A stretch of DNA of 64,000 nucleotides from a virus: the IMG/VR virus record IMGVR_UViG_3300005529_000024, positions 64,001 to 128,000 of that record, one strand, 5' to 3'. The position numbers and the translations under genes were made by a program. Of this stretch, positions 1 to 9,427 are shown piece by piece. Positions within the stretch are counted from its first letter, which is position 1; each line of letters begins with the position of its first letter. The notes under the pieces are model-generated. The model did not search any database, was not told the DNA's origin, and saw nothing but the letters and a program-made list of their open reading frames with translations.

Positions 1-2
1 CC

Positions 3-1406
3 ATTGTTAAGAATCTTGGCAATATTGCTGTCCAAGGCAATCTTAATGAAGCTCAGATTAAGCAATTAGGTTATGATTACACTACATTTGGGCGACTTCT
101 AAGTAGGGATATTGCTGTTGGGCTGAATAATCTTTCAGAGTCAGAAAAAGCTCTTATTGAAAAGCATAAAGTTAGTGCTAGCTCTATTTTAGCTGTAAAG
201 GGAGCGTTTGAAAAGTGGAATGTTCCCTCAGATGCTGCTGCCAAATTGACCGAGGCTATGACTGGTCATCTGGATTCATTTGTAGATATCCTAAAAAAGA
301 GTGGTGTAACTCTTACTGATAATCAGCAAAAACTTTTAAGTCAGCAAGTTGCTCAGGGTAATCTGACTGGAGCTACTAAGCTTTTAGTTGAGAATACAGA
401 TAAACTTGTTAAGTTCATGGACAGAGGTGGTCAAGCTGCAAGCGAAGTCGCTGCTGTTTTCGGTGACAACCTTGATGTATTACGTGATCAGAACTTACAT
501 TCAAAGAAACTTGCTTCCACTCTTGGTGAGCTTGAAAAAGCATTAGGCAATCAGAGTAATGAAGCCAAGACTGCTATTGATCGTGCTAGAGATATGAGCG
601 ATGCATGGGATCTTTTAGGAGAGTCACTTAAAACTACTCTCGGTCTTAAGCTTACTGACTGGACTGAGACGATTAATACATCTCTTCAGAGTGTGCGTGG
701 TTTCCTTTATGAAGTTGTAAGCGGTGCTCAGGCTATACCTACTGCTTTCGTGGCTATGACTCCAGTTATTTTAGGTGTGCTAACTAGTTGGGGATCTAAG
801 CTTAAGAATTTTGGTGGTGCTATCTGGTCTACTATAACAGGTGTCGGTAAGCAGGGTATAACAGCCGCTGCTGAACTTACACAACCTATTGTCAAAGGTC
901 TTGAGAAAGCTGCTCCGAAATTATATGATGCATATGGTCGTGTGATTGAAGAAGCAACAACTAAAGTTGCTCCAAAGGTAGCATCTAAGATTCCAATGTT
1001 AGCACGAGCAGGTAAAGTGGCTAGTGCTGCCGGTGAAGCTGTTAACCCTGTCATGTGGGGATATCTTCTTGGAAGTGTGATCCAGCATGCTCAGAAACAG
1101 ACTGGTACGCTTCTTCCTCCTCAAACGATGATCGGGGATCTTCTTGCTGAGAAATATGAGCAAAGGTTAATAGCTCAACAGGAAGCTGCTCGTAAGCCAG
1201 GTAGTCGTATACTTCCGGCTGTCGCTGCACAAGAGAGTAATTTCTTGGTCTCTTTACTTGAGCGTATGCTTGCATCTGATGATCAATTTTATAGTGCGAT
1301 TAGCGACTCTTTAAATAAAGTCGTAAATCATACAAAAACAACTGCGGAGAATACAGGTGTTCAACCCGATCCAGGGCTTGCTGCTATGGGTGGAGGAGTT
1401 CGTTAA
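3..1406 (+). CDS. Tail tape-measure protein, C-terminal part (5'-truncated by the window)
   Basis: Frame is open from nt 3 (IVKNLGNIAVQ...) through the 246..1406 ORF; Ala/Leu/Gly-rich helical composition; directly upstream of the baseplate cluster. Confidence 0.75.
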   Translation: MVKNLGNIAVQGNLNEAQIKQLGYDYTTFGRLLSRDIAVGLNNLSESEKALIEKHKVSASSILAVKGAFEKWNVPSDAAAKLTEAMTGHLDSFVDILKKSGVTLTDNQQKLLSQQVAQGNLTGATKLLVENTDKLVKFMDRGGQAASEVAAVFGDNLDVLRDQNLHSKKLASTLGELEKALGNQSNEAKTAIDRARDMSDAWDLLGESLKTTLGLKLTDWTETINTSLQSVRGFLYEVVSGAQAIPTAFVAMTPVILGVLTSWGSKLKNFGGAIWSTITGVGKQGITAAAELTQPIVKGLEKAAPKLYDAYGRVIEEATTKVAPKVASKIPMLARAGKVASAAGEAVNPVMWGYLLGSVIQHAQKQTGTLLPPQTMIGDLLAEKYEQRLIAQQEAARKPGSRILPAVAAQESNFLVSLLERMLASDDQFYSAISDSLNKVVNHTKTTAENTGVQPDPGLAAMGGGVR

Positions 1407-1409
1407 TAA

Positions 1410-2180
1410 ATGGCTACAAATCCTAATCCTTTATCGGGTACACGCCTAAGTACTCCGTTGGCTGATATTGCGTATATCGCGTTGGTTGATCCTAACGCGA
1501 TGCCTGCTGTATTTCCAAGATTCATTAAATTTCAGTATATGCCAGAAAGTATTGGCGAGAATAAATCTGCAAATTGGCAGTATATTGATATACTCGGTAG
1601 ATCAGAACCTATTCGTTTTTATTCCAGCAGCGGTCCAAGAAGTATTAATCTTTGCCTAACGTTTCATGCTTTGTCTAGTCGTATTGATGATGTCGAGCTT
1701 AAGATCAGATTTCTAAGATCTCTTGTCTATCCTGATTATCAGGCGTCTAAGTCAACAAATACTCCGTTTCCTCCTCCGGTTATTCTACTCAAAATCGGTG
1801 AGTGGCTTAAGATGCGTTCCATCGTTACGAACATATCCGTGAACAGAAGCGGACCATGGGAGCCAGATACTCTATATCCAACCTGTGCTGAAGTGTCATT
1901 AGATATACAAGAACTTAACGTAGATCCTTTCGATGCAACAGATGTATTTTTCGGTGATGATATGACAAGCTTTCCTGTCGAAAAGCAGGTCACATCATCT
2001 GCAACACCCGCTGCATCAAATGGTGGTAATCTAGCTGCTCAACAAAGTGTTCTTGGGAATATCGTTAGTGTTTTGGGTGCTGGTGCTGCTGTGGCCGCTG
2101 GTGTAGTGGGCGCTGTTGGTACTGTCTCTGCTGCTACAAACGCAATCCAAAATGCTGCTAAAGCATTAAAGAGTAAATAG
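1410..2180 (+). CDS. Tail tube initiator / baseplate protein (P2 gpU / CIS tube-like)
   Basis: FQYMPESIGENKSANW...GRSEP...SGPRSINL and PPPVILLKIG pattern; follows the tape measure. Confidence 0.7.
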   Translation: MATNPNPLSGTRLSTPLADIAYIALVDPNAMPAVFPRFIKFQYMPESIGENKSANWQYIDILGRSEPIRFYSSSGPRSINLCLTFHALSSRIDDVELKIRFLRSLVYPDYQASKSTNTPFPPPVILLKIGEWLKMRSIVTNISVNRSGPWEPDTLYPTCAEVSLDIQELNVDPFDATDVFFGDDMTSFPVEKQVTSSATPAASNGGNLAAQQSVLGNIVSVLGAGAAVAAGVVGAVGTVSAATNAIQNAAKALKSK

Positions 2181-2188
2181 GATAAACT

Positions 2189-2545
2189 ATGTCTAATCCA
2201 AGCTTACCAGAACTAAAGCCAGTACAAACGTCTCCATTTGTATCACGCGATAGTATGTTCAATAACGCAAAGCTATACGTAGACGATGGTAGTAATCAGT
2301 TTTTCTCATTCACGAAGAACATATCTTTCCCTGAATCACAGACTGATAGCTTTCATGTTGTTCAAGCTGGAGAGGTTAATAGGTTAGATATTATCTCAAA
2401 TAATTTCTACCAGACACCTAATCTATGGTGGGTTATTGCTGTAGCAAATAATATTGTCAATCCATTTTCTGATGTGTATGTTGGCAAGCCTTTGAGAATT
2501 CCTGATATCGCAATTGTCCGAGCATCAACAGCAGTACAATCATAA
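2189..2545 (+). CDS. Baseplate wedge protein, LysM-like (T4 gp53 / P2 gpX-like)
   Basis: RLDIISNNFYQTPNLWWVIAVANNIVNPF...GKPLRIP signature; synteny. Confidence 0.8.
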   Translation: MSNPSLPELKPVQTSPFVSRDSMFNNAKLYVDDGSNQFFSFTKNISFPESQTDSFHVVQAGEVNRLDIISNNFYQTPNLWWVIAVANNIVNPFSDVYVGKPLRIPDIAIVRASTAVQS

Positions 2546-2554
2546 GAGTAAATT

Positions 2555-3946
2555 ATGCCATTATCCGTAGTTCAGTTTCCAAAGATTATCGGCAAGGTTT
2601 ATAAGCCGCCTCAACCAGCACTTCCTATTGCGAAGATTGAGTTTCCCAAAGGATCGTTACTGGCACCTACGAATAGCATTATTCTTCCTGGATTACCAAA
2701 TTCTTCTATATCTGGTTCTCCACAAGGATTGGTAGATTTCCGGTATGAGGATATCGTAAACGCTGTACATCGATGTAGTTTCACATTAGAGGATGTAGAC
2801 GGTACGCTTGAATCTCTTATCATAGCAAATAGAGAAAGTATATTCATTAGCTTTGGGTATTCCGGGTTTCCAACTGATTTTTCTACGGGGTTGGACTTTA
2901 CTATCGGTAATGTCGATTTTACTCCACGTAGGGAATTTCAGATCGTTAAGTTTCAACCTACGTTCACTGGATCAACAGTTACTCTTCAGATGGAGTGTTT
3001 GTCAAAGAAGCTTGTTCCTTCTCTATTGGAAGCTGTGACTAATGAATCCTATAAGGGTCTTGAAATTTCTACGATTGTTCATGCTTTGGCTGCAAAGAAT
3101 AATTGGTTAGGTCCTGATGGACTTCCATTGTATATCGAGCCTACTAAGACACCAGCAGATAAGGTAACTTCTCCTGATGGAAGTAATACCCTATATTTTA
3201 GGAATAATGGTCTTACTGATATCGCGTTTATTAAGCAGACGCTTTTGCCTATGGCATACTCGGCGGTTGCTCAAGAGAATGGGTATATCTTTTACTTAGA
3301 TCCTGATTATGGTGTTTATTTCGCTCCAGTAGGACGCATTGTAAATCCAACAACTCATCAAGCTGTTATATCTAAGGATGGTACTGCTCCTCCGGTTCGT
3401 GTTTACACAAACCGTGGTCCTGATGCTACCATAACGAGTTGGCAACCAGATATTCGCGGGGCTGTCGAATTATACAACGGCGCGGGGCAATTGAATCTGG
3501 TTAAAGTAGATCCTTACTCTGTTCTTCAGCACGAAACTATCTCATATATTAAGCAGAGTAATCAGGGTAAGCAATCTTCTCTCCCTGGTGGGCCTGGTAG
3601 TAAGACACAATCAGATGTTGACGCCAAACGTTTTCTGCATCATACGAAATCTACGAAAGAGCGTATAGAAATATACGGACAAGCAATCTGGAGATCGATG
3701 CACGATAAAATGTGGCAAGGTACTTTACGAACGGTTCTTGATCCGAGTATCAAAGCACGTGATACGATATTCCTAATTATACGAAGACCTAATGGGGATA
3801 TTCATTATACTTCCGGGCCATATTGGATTTCTAAGGTGACTCATAGTATTAGTTCTAACGAAGCTTACTCAATCTTTGATCTATACCGTCCCGGTCTTCC
3901 ATCTGACTTTCAAGGTCAAGGTACTGAGAATATACCAACAGGATAG
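2555..3946 (+). CDS. Baseplate hub protein (gp27 / gpD-like)
   Basis: Size and position between LysM and spike genes; C-terminal DPSIKARDTI...SGPYWISKVTHSIS pattern. Confidence 0.7.
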   Translation: MPLSVVQFPKIIGKVYKPPQPALPIAKIEFPKGSLLAPTNSIILPGLPNSSISGSPQGLVDFRYEDIVNAVHRCSFTLEDVDGTLESLIIANRESIFISFGYSGFPTDFSTGLDFTIGNVDFTPRREFQIVKFQPTFTGSTVTLQMECLSKKLVPSLLEAVTNESYKGLEISTIVHALAAKNNWLGPDGLPLYIEPTKTPADKVTSPDGSNTLYFRNNGLTDIAFIKQTLLPMAYSAVAQENGYIFYLDPDYGVYFAPVGRIVNPTTHQAVISKDGTAPPVRVYTNRGPDATITSWQPDIRGAVELYNGAGQLNLVKVDPYSVLQHETISYIKQSNQGKQSSLPGGPGSKTQSDVDAKRFLHHTKSTKERIEIYGQAIWRSMHDKMWQGTLRTVLDPSIKARDTIFLIIRRPNGDIHYTSGPYWISKVTHSISSNEAYSIFDLYRPGLPSDFQGQGTENIPTG

Positions 3947-3948
3947 CG

Positions 3949-4755
3949 ATGAATATTGAAGAAGATAACAAAGGGAATAAGCGGGTTTATCAACCTAACA
4001 AAGCTTATGGATTATACCTTGGATATTGCGAGCAAAATGATGATCCGCTTGTAATGGGTCGTATAAAGGTTCGTATACCTGAGTTTCATGGTCCACGTCT
4101 TAATAATCCTGATGCACAGGAGCAAGATTCTTTACCTGTTGATGCTATTCCTTGGGCGTTACCTTGTTTCAGAAATAAAGGTGAGTATGCTATCCCAGAG
4201 GTTGGTGATCCGGTGTGGGTAGCTCCAGAAGGTACGGATATCGATAGGTGGGTATGGCTTGGTGTTATACAACCACTCTTCAATAAAGATTCTATTTTTG
4301 GTGGTAATGGAGATCAATCTACTGTACCTATCGAGGCGAAGCAATCATTACGCGCTAGCAATAAGAAGCCTCAAGTAAGGGAATTCAAAACGACTGGAGG
4401 TCATTATGTTATCCTTGATGATGCTCCTGGTAAGCAACGAATAGAGATTCACACAGCGAATGGGCATATAATCAAGCTTGATGATAACAGCGGAAAAGTC
4501 ACCATACATTCTACTGGTGATGCTGATGTAACGGTTACTGGAAAGGCTACTGTTGATGTAGGGGATGAAGCTGATATCACAGTAGGCGGTGATGTAAAGT
4601 TAGTCGCATCAGGAAATGTCGAAGTCACATCTCCATTTGTAAAGCTGCATAACTCAGTAATATTCCCTGGCAACATAGTGACAGATAATCCTGTGAACAA
4701 CGATCCCATAACCGGGATTCCGTTACAAGGAAATACTCAGAATCCTGTGGATTAA
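3949..4755 (+). CDS. Baseplate central spike (gp5 / gpV / VgrG OB-fold plus beta-helix)
   Basis: DDPLVMGRIKVRIP...WALP...IPEVGDPVWV OB-fold; GHYVILDD/GHIIKLDD and beta-helix repeats. Confidence 0.85.
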   Translation: MNIEEDNKGNKRVYQPNKAYGLYLGYCEQNDDPLVMGRIKVRIPEFHGPRLNNPDAQEQDSLPVDAIPWALPCFRNKGEYAIPEVGDPVWVAPEGTDIDRWVWLGVIQPLFNKDSIFGGNGDQSTVPIEAKQSLRASNKKPQVREFKTTGGHYVILDDAPGKQRIEIHTANGHIIKLDDNSGKVTIHSTGDADVTVTGKATVDVGDEADITVGGDVKLVASGNVEVTSPFVKLHNSVIFPGNIVTDNPVNNDPITGIPLQGNTQNPVD

Positions 4756-4757
4756 AA

Positions 4758-5366
4758 ATGGCATTAAGTGTTAGTGTTCTAGACGGATTATTACAAACGA
4801 ATTTGCAATCACGCTTAGCTCCATATAATTTTGGGGTGCCCGGTATTAGTTTTACTGACTTTACACATGCTGTAGCTTTCGGTATCGTCACAAATATTGT
4901 TGGTTCGACTTTCATAACAGTGGATACAGGGTCTGTAGCTGGTAGTGGTGTTGGTGCTGGAGTTGGTATCGTAGGTCTTAACCAAGCTGCATTGAGTAGT
5001 TTGATTTATGCAAACTGTTCCAGTTTATGGGGAACAACAGGAGTAAGACTTCAAGATTTTACCGATGCGATTGCTCAATCTGTTGTCACGCACTTATTAG
5101 CAGCAACCCTTACAAGTACACATTCTCCTGTTTATGCCGGTACTGGAGTTGTCTCGTTTGCTCTAAGTTCTATGAATCAATCTGCTATGGCATCAAGTAT
5201 TCAGAATGCAAATACATTTAATGGACCACTTTGGTCCAGATGGTGTACAGCGATAGCTAATGGCGTAGTTAGTCATATTAAATCTGTGGGCACTGGTATT
5301 GTAACGATAACAGGCTCTGGCTCTGGTGGATCTGGTAGCGGTAGTGGTACTGGAGTTGTTTCATGA
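4758..5366 (+). CDS. Putative virion/baseplate protein, Gly/Ser-rich
   Basis: Between spike and gp25-like genes; internal repeat (AVAFGIV / AIAQSVV / AIANGVV). Confidence 0.5.
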   Translation: MALSVSVLDGLLQTNLQSRLAPYNFGVPGISFTDFTHAVAFGIVTNIVGSTFITVDTGSVAGSGVGAGVGIVGLNQAALSSLIYANCSSLWGTTGVRLQDFTDAIAQSVVTHLLAATLTSTHSPVYAGTGVVSFALSSMNQSAMASSIQNANTFNGPLWSRWCTAIANGVVSHIKSVGTGIVTITGSGSGGSGSGSGTGVVS

Positions 5367-5378
5367 GGAATTTGATTT

Positions 5379-5828
5379 ATGGCAATTCGATGCCTATCTG
5401 TACAATTAGCACAGCAAACTTTTCAGTTTACAAAACAATTGGGCACACCTCCCTTTATTTATAATGGGCCTGGTTTTCCTATCACAAATAATCCGCAAGG
5501 CTTCCTTCAGTTTAAAACAGATGTAGCTTTGGTTGTCGATAGTATCACACAGATTTTGGGTACGCGAAAAGGTGAACGTTTGCGTGTTCCTACTTTCGGT
5601 TCTGTTTTAAGTCAGCTTCAGTTTGAACCTGATGATCAGGTACTCGCTGATTTAGCTGCATCCAATATAGCTGACGCGCTGCATCAATGGGAACCAAGAC
5701 TTCGTTTGCAGCAAGTAACTGCTACTGTAGTACCTGGAGAGATGCCTACATTACAGATTGTTATTTCCGGTACTCTAACGAAGCTCGCATTACCAGTTAC
5801 TCTTAGATATGAGATGAATATATCCTAG
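5379..5828 (+). CDS. Baseplate wedge / sheath initiator (gp25 / gpW family)
   Basis: SITQILGTRKGERLRVPTFGS...FEP...WEPRL signature. Confidence 0.9.
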   Translation: MAIRCLSVQLAQQTFQFTKQLGTPPFIYNGPGFPITNNPQGFLQFKTDVALVVDSITQILGTRKGERLRVPTFGSVLSQLQFEPDDQVLADLAASNIADALHQWEPRLRLQQVTATVVPGEMPTLQIVISGTLTKLALPVTLRYEMNIS

Positions 5829-5837
5829 GATTTAATA

Positions 5838-7652
5838 ATGGCTATCAACGATAAATTACTTTACACCAGCACAGATTTTTTGACTGCTAGAGCTAACATG
5901 ATCCAGATTGCTCAAGCAAACTTTCCACAATGGAATGATTTCTTTGAGAGCAATAATGGAGTTATGCTTATTGAGTTATTCGCTCACGTTCTAGATCTGT
6001 TGGCATTCTATCAGAATAGGCAGGCAAATGAAGCTTTCATTGATCGTGCTCAGATCCGGGAAAATATAGTCTCTTTAGCGGCAAACATCGGTTATCAGCT
6101 TTCTACTGCAACAGCCGCTATTGCTCTGGTTAATTTTACGCTAAACACTCCATCTCCTAATCCGATTGTTATACCTGGTAACAACCCGCTTACCAGAACC
6201 AGGATTCAAACAGCGAATGGTCTTGTATTTGAAGTTCTTGCAGATGCTACTATACCAGTTGGTAGCACGAGTATAAGTAATATACTCGTAAAACAGGTTG
6301 AGACAAACGATTTTGCTACTACGAGTGATGGATCTCCCAGACAGGCATTTACTCTACCTATCTCTCCATTTGTGAACGATGGTAGCGTAATAGTGTTGGT
6401 CAATAATGTGCCCTGGAGCCAAGTATCAAACTTTTTAAACAGCGCAAACACAAGCACTAATTTTACAGTTGAGATTGATAGTTTCAATCGCGGTATTATT
6501 GTATTCGGTGATGGTGTTAACGGATCTATACCTCCTACTGGTGCAACAATCGAAGTACAGTATCCTGTTGGCGGTGGTTCTGCTGGTAACGTCGCGCCAA
6601 ACACTATTACCCAGATTCAACAAACTATCACAGACACTCTAGGTAATCCAGTAAACATTCTTGTCACAAACCCTCTTCCTGCTGTCGGTGGTACTGATGA
6701 AGAGGATATAAATACAGCGAGGGTAAATGCTCCTGCATCTATTCGTGCGTTGTCAAGAAGCGTGACAAAGGATGACTTTAAGCTTAACTCGTTACATGTT
6801 TCTGATGTCGCAAGGGTGAATGTTCTATCCTTGGATGATATCACAGTTCAGTATAACATAGCTTTAGGAAATGGTGCTACAGTAACATTCTCCGGAACAT
6901 TACCTAATGCACCTATTCGAATTGGTACATTAACCATAGTCGCAGGGACCATATTTGCTGTAGACGCAAATGGTGATGGAATCTTCGATTCTACTACAGG
7001 TTTAATCGGTGGTACTATTAACTATAGTACCGGAGCATTTTCGATTACATATCTTGCTCCTCCGGTTACTGGTCAGCCTATCATTGCTGAATATGTAAAG
7101 CTTGTGACACCATTCATTCCAGAAGATACAGTGTTTCTTTATGTAGTGCCGATTGGAGGAGGTGAAGCTCCACAGTCTCTTCTTAATTCTGTATACAATG
7201 AAGTCACGAACGTATTTCCAAATACGATTACGCAAAGAATTATCGTTGCTACAGCGATATATAAATCTATAGATTTGGTAGGTCGTATTCATATTAGATC
7301 CGGGTTTGATTTATCGACTGTTCGCACTAATGTTGTCAATGCTCTTAACACATTCTTTAACCCGACAACATTAGACTCTTCTGGTAATTTTGTTCGTAAT
7401 TTCGGAGAGACTCTTTACCCTTCTGAGCTTATCGCTACGATTCAAGATGCTGGTGGTGTTTTAACTGTCGCATTGACTCAGATAGCTGGAGTATCCGTAA
7501 GTAGCCTAGATACACCCATTCAGTTAGATATAGATCAACTACCTATGCTTGGTAATCTTAATATAACATTCATTGATACAGCGGGTAATACTCTTGCCGT
7601 TATCGAGCCAGCTTTCAATTATGAAGCTGGTCGAGGTGGTTCTTTCGTATAA
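5838..7652 (+). CDS. Baseplate wedge protein (gp6 / Baseplate J-like)
   Basis: YTSTDF...WNDFFESNNGVMLIELFA...ANEAF, FGDGVNGSIPP, GGTDEED...RSVTKDDF motifs. Confidence 0.9.
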   Translation: MAINDKLLYTSTDFLTARANMIQIAQANFPQWNDFFESNNGVMLIELFAHVLDLLAFYQNRQANEAFIDRAQIRENIVSLAANIGYQLSTATAAIALVNFTLNTPSPNPIVIPGNNPLTRTRIQTANGLVFEVLADATIPVGSTSISNILVKQVETNDFATTSDGSPRQAFTLPISPFVNDGSVIVLVNNVPWSQVSNFLNSANTSTNFTVEIDSFNRGIIVFGDGVNGSIPPTGATIEVQYPVGGGSAGNVAPNTITQIQQTITDTLGNPVNILVTNPLPAVGGTDEEDINTARVNAPASIRALSRSVTKDDFKLNSLHVSDVARVNVLSLDDITVQYNIALGNGATVTFSGTLPNAPIRIGTLTIVAGTIFAVDANGDGIFDSTTGLIGGTINYSTGAFSITYLAPPVTGQPIIAEYVKLVTPFIPEDTVFLYVVPIGGGEAPQSLLNSVYNEVTNVFPNTITQRIIVATAIYKSIDLVGRIHIRSGFDLSTVRTNVVNALNTFFNPTTLDSSGNFVRNFGETLYPSELIATIQDAGGVLTVALTQIAGVSVSSLDTPIQLDIDQLPMLGNLNITFIDTAGNTLAVIEPAFNYEAGRGGSFV

Positions 7653-7663
7653 GGAATTAATAA

Positions 7664-8479
7664 ATGGCTTTTGATTCGGTTGTAAACTTTGGGAAAGTAA
7701 CTGTTTCTATTGGTTACGATTCTTCTGCAATTTCTATCGTCTTGAACTCAGGGGATGGTGCTAAACTTCCGTCTACTACTCCATATAACATTATTTGGTG
7801 GAACTCTACTGACTATGTAGATCCTACAGATGATCCTAACGTTGAGATTGTCCGTGTTACTGCTAGATCAACCGATACATTGACTGTTACAAGAGCACAG
7901 GAAGGTACAAGCGCCTCTAATAAGAACACAGCAGGTAAGACATATAAAATGATCTTAGCTCTTACTGCTAAGATGATAACAGATATAGATGCAGGCAAAG
8001 TATCGAGTGTAGTAGCTGGCACAAACATAACTGTTGATAGTACTGATCCTAAGAATCCTATTGTTAAAGGCTTATTCTTGCCGGGAGCAAGAGTCTTCAA
8101 TAGCGTTGATCAGTCTGTCGCCAATACAACTATCGTCGCATTCGATAGTGAGCGTTGGGATACAGACAATATTCATGATAACGTCACCAACAACTCTAGG
8201 CTGACATGTAATACACCAGGTAAGTATCTGATTACATTCCATGGTAGGTTAACAGGTGCAGCATCTTCAATGGCTTTTCAGATATATTTAAATGGTGCTA
8301 CAATTATAGCTTATTCTACTTCTCTCAACGCATCTTCTGGCGATACAATGACTATCTCTACAATATATGATCTCGCAGCAAATGACTATGTACAGATTAG
8401 AGTAGTAGGAAATGCTACAGTGACATTATCACATGCTGCTAACTATTCAGCGGAATTCATGATGCAGAGAATTGGTTAA
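7664..8479 (+). CDS. Receptor-binding / fibre-tip protein 1 (shared N-terminal domain plus C1q/TNF-like head)
   Basis: N-terminal EIVRVTARSTDTLTVTRAQEGT domain; C-terminal FDSERWDTDNIHD...SRLTCNTPGKYLI...LAANDYVQI C1q-like pattern. Confidence 0.7.
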   Translation: MAFDSVVNFGKVTVSIGYDSSAISIVLNSGDGAKLPSTTPYNIIWWNSTDYVDPTDDPNVEIVRVTARSTDTLTVTRAQEGTSASNKNTAGKTYKMILALTAKMITDIDAGKVSSVVAGTNITVDSTDPKNPIVKGLFLPGARVFNSVDQSVANTTIVAFDSERWDTDNIHDNVTNNSRLTCNTPGKYLITFHGRLTGAASSMAFQIYLNGATIIAYSTSLNASSGDTMTISTIYDLAANDYVQIRVVGNATVTLSHAANYSAEFMMQRIG

Positions 8480-8553
8480 AAATAGATTTCTAATTTTTCT
8501 TCAGCATCAAAGTTTCTGGTATGTTACGTTAATAATTTTTTGATTGGTCTACT

Positions 8554-9369
8554 ATGTTAGCAACTTATGGTTCAGCCGAACTAGGCAATCCATTACCTGG
8601 AATGGGTCAAATATTAGTGACCCAGACAAGCTCATTTAATGACGAATTCTTTAAACAATTAACAAACTCTGGATCATTTTATTATGAATTCTTAAAGCAG
8701 TTAATAAACAATAGCTCTTTTAATGATGAGTCTCATGGAGTAATAATTAGGTCCCCAATTTTTGACTACGAGTATACTCGTTTAATTCCCAATAGTAGAC
8801 TATTCAATGATGAATATAATATTAAAATAATCTTGGTATCTACATTCAATGATGAAGCACATGGCGTAATTACTTCATCGAGGATATTAGATCATGAGTT
8901 TCTGATCAAAAGAGTTATCAATTTTAATCTGATTCGTGAGAATCTAATATCTTTAAGTAATTCTAGAACTTTTGTTTATGAATTGTTACAGCGTATATTT
9001 CAGCGGGAAACTTCTACCTATGATGTCTCTAAGCTTGTTGCTGGCTTATCACAAGATGCATATGAGCATTTAAGGGCCGTACCCACTAATCGGATTTTTA
9101 ATTATTCGTTTTCAAAGCAGATAACAAAAGATATAGTATCTAATAACGAGCATACGATTATGGTTTTAAGTGGTAGCAGAGCTTTTTACTATGCATACTT
9201 TGGATCAATATCACAGAGTAAAGTTTTCGATTACGAGTTTCAGTCTTATCTTTCAAAGAGCAGAATATTCGATTATGAGTTGGGTGGATTTCTCATATCA
9301 AATAATAGGACACTGAACAATGAATCTAATATACAATTGGTCATTAAACTACCAAAATTTACAAAATAG
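8554..9369 (+). CDS. Short 14-aa-repeat scaffold protein (about 17 units)
   Basis: Tandem units such as SSFNDEFFKQLT, GSFYYEFLKQLI, RIFDYELG; same repeat as 18279..20765. Confidence 0.75.
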   Translation: MLATYGSAELGNPLPGMGQILVTQTSSFNDEFFKQLTNSGSFYYEFLKQLINNSSFNDESHGVIIRSPIFDYEYTRLIPNSRLFNDEYNIKIILVSTFNDEAHGVITSSRILDHEFLIKRVINFNLIRENLISLSNSRTFVYELLQRIFQRETSTYDVSKLVAGLSQDAYEHLRAVPTNRIFNYSFSKQITKDIVSNNEHTIMVLSGSRAFYYAYFGSISQSKVFDYEFQSYLSKSRIFDYELGGFLISNNRTLNNESNIQLVIKLPKFTK

Positions 9370-9382
9370 TTGGGAATATTAA

Positions 9383-9427
9383 ATGCCTATAGTTTCTCAG
9401 ATACTAGAATTTCCGGTGGAGTGTTAA
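9383..9427 (+). CDS. 14-codon micro-ORF MPIVSQILEFPVEC (one repeat unit)
   Basis: ATG 9383, TAA 9425-9427 abutting the ATG at 9428; aligns position-for-position with MPSVSQLSGFNSEF (N-terminus of 12172). Confidence 0.45.
   Translation: MPIVSQILEFPVEC

Noticed and set aside
1410-7652. Bacterial contractile injection system or tailocin rather than a phage
   Set aside because: Terminase, portal and a full replication module are on the same contig.
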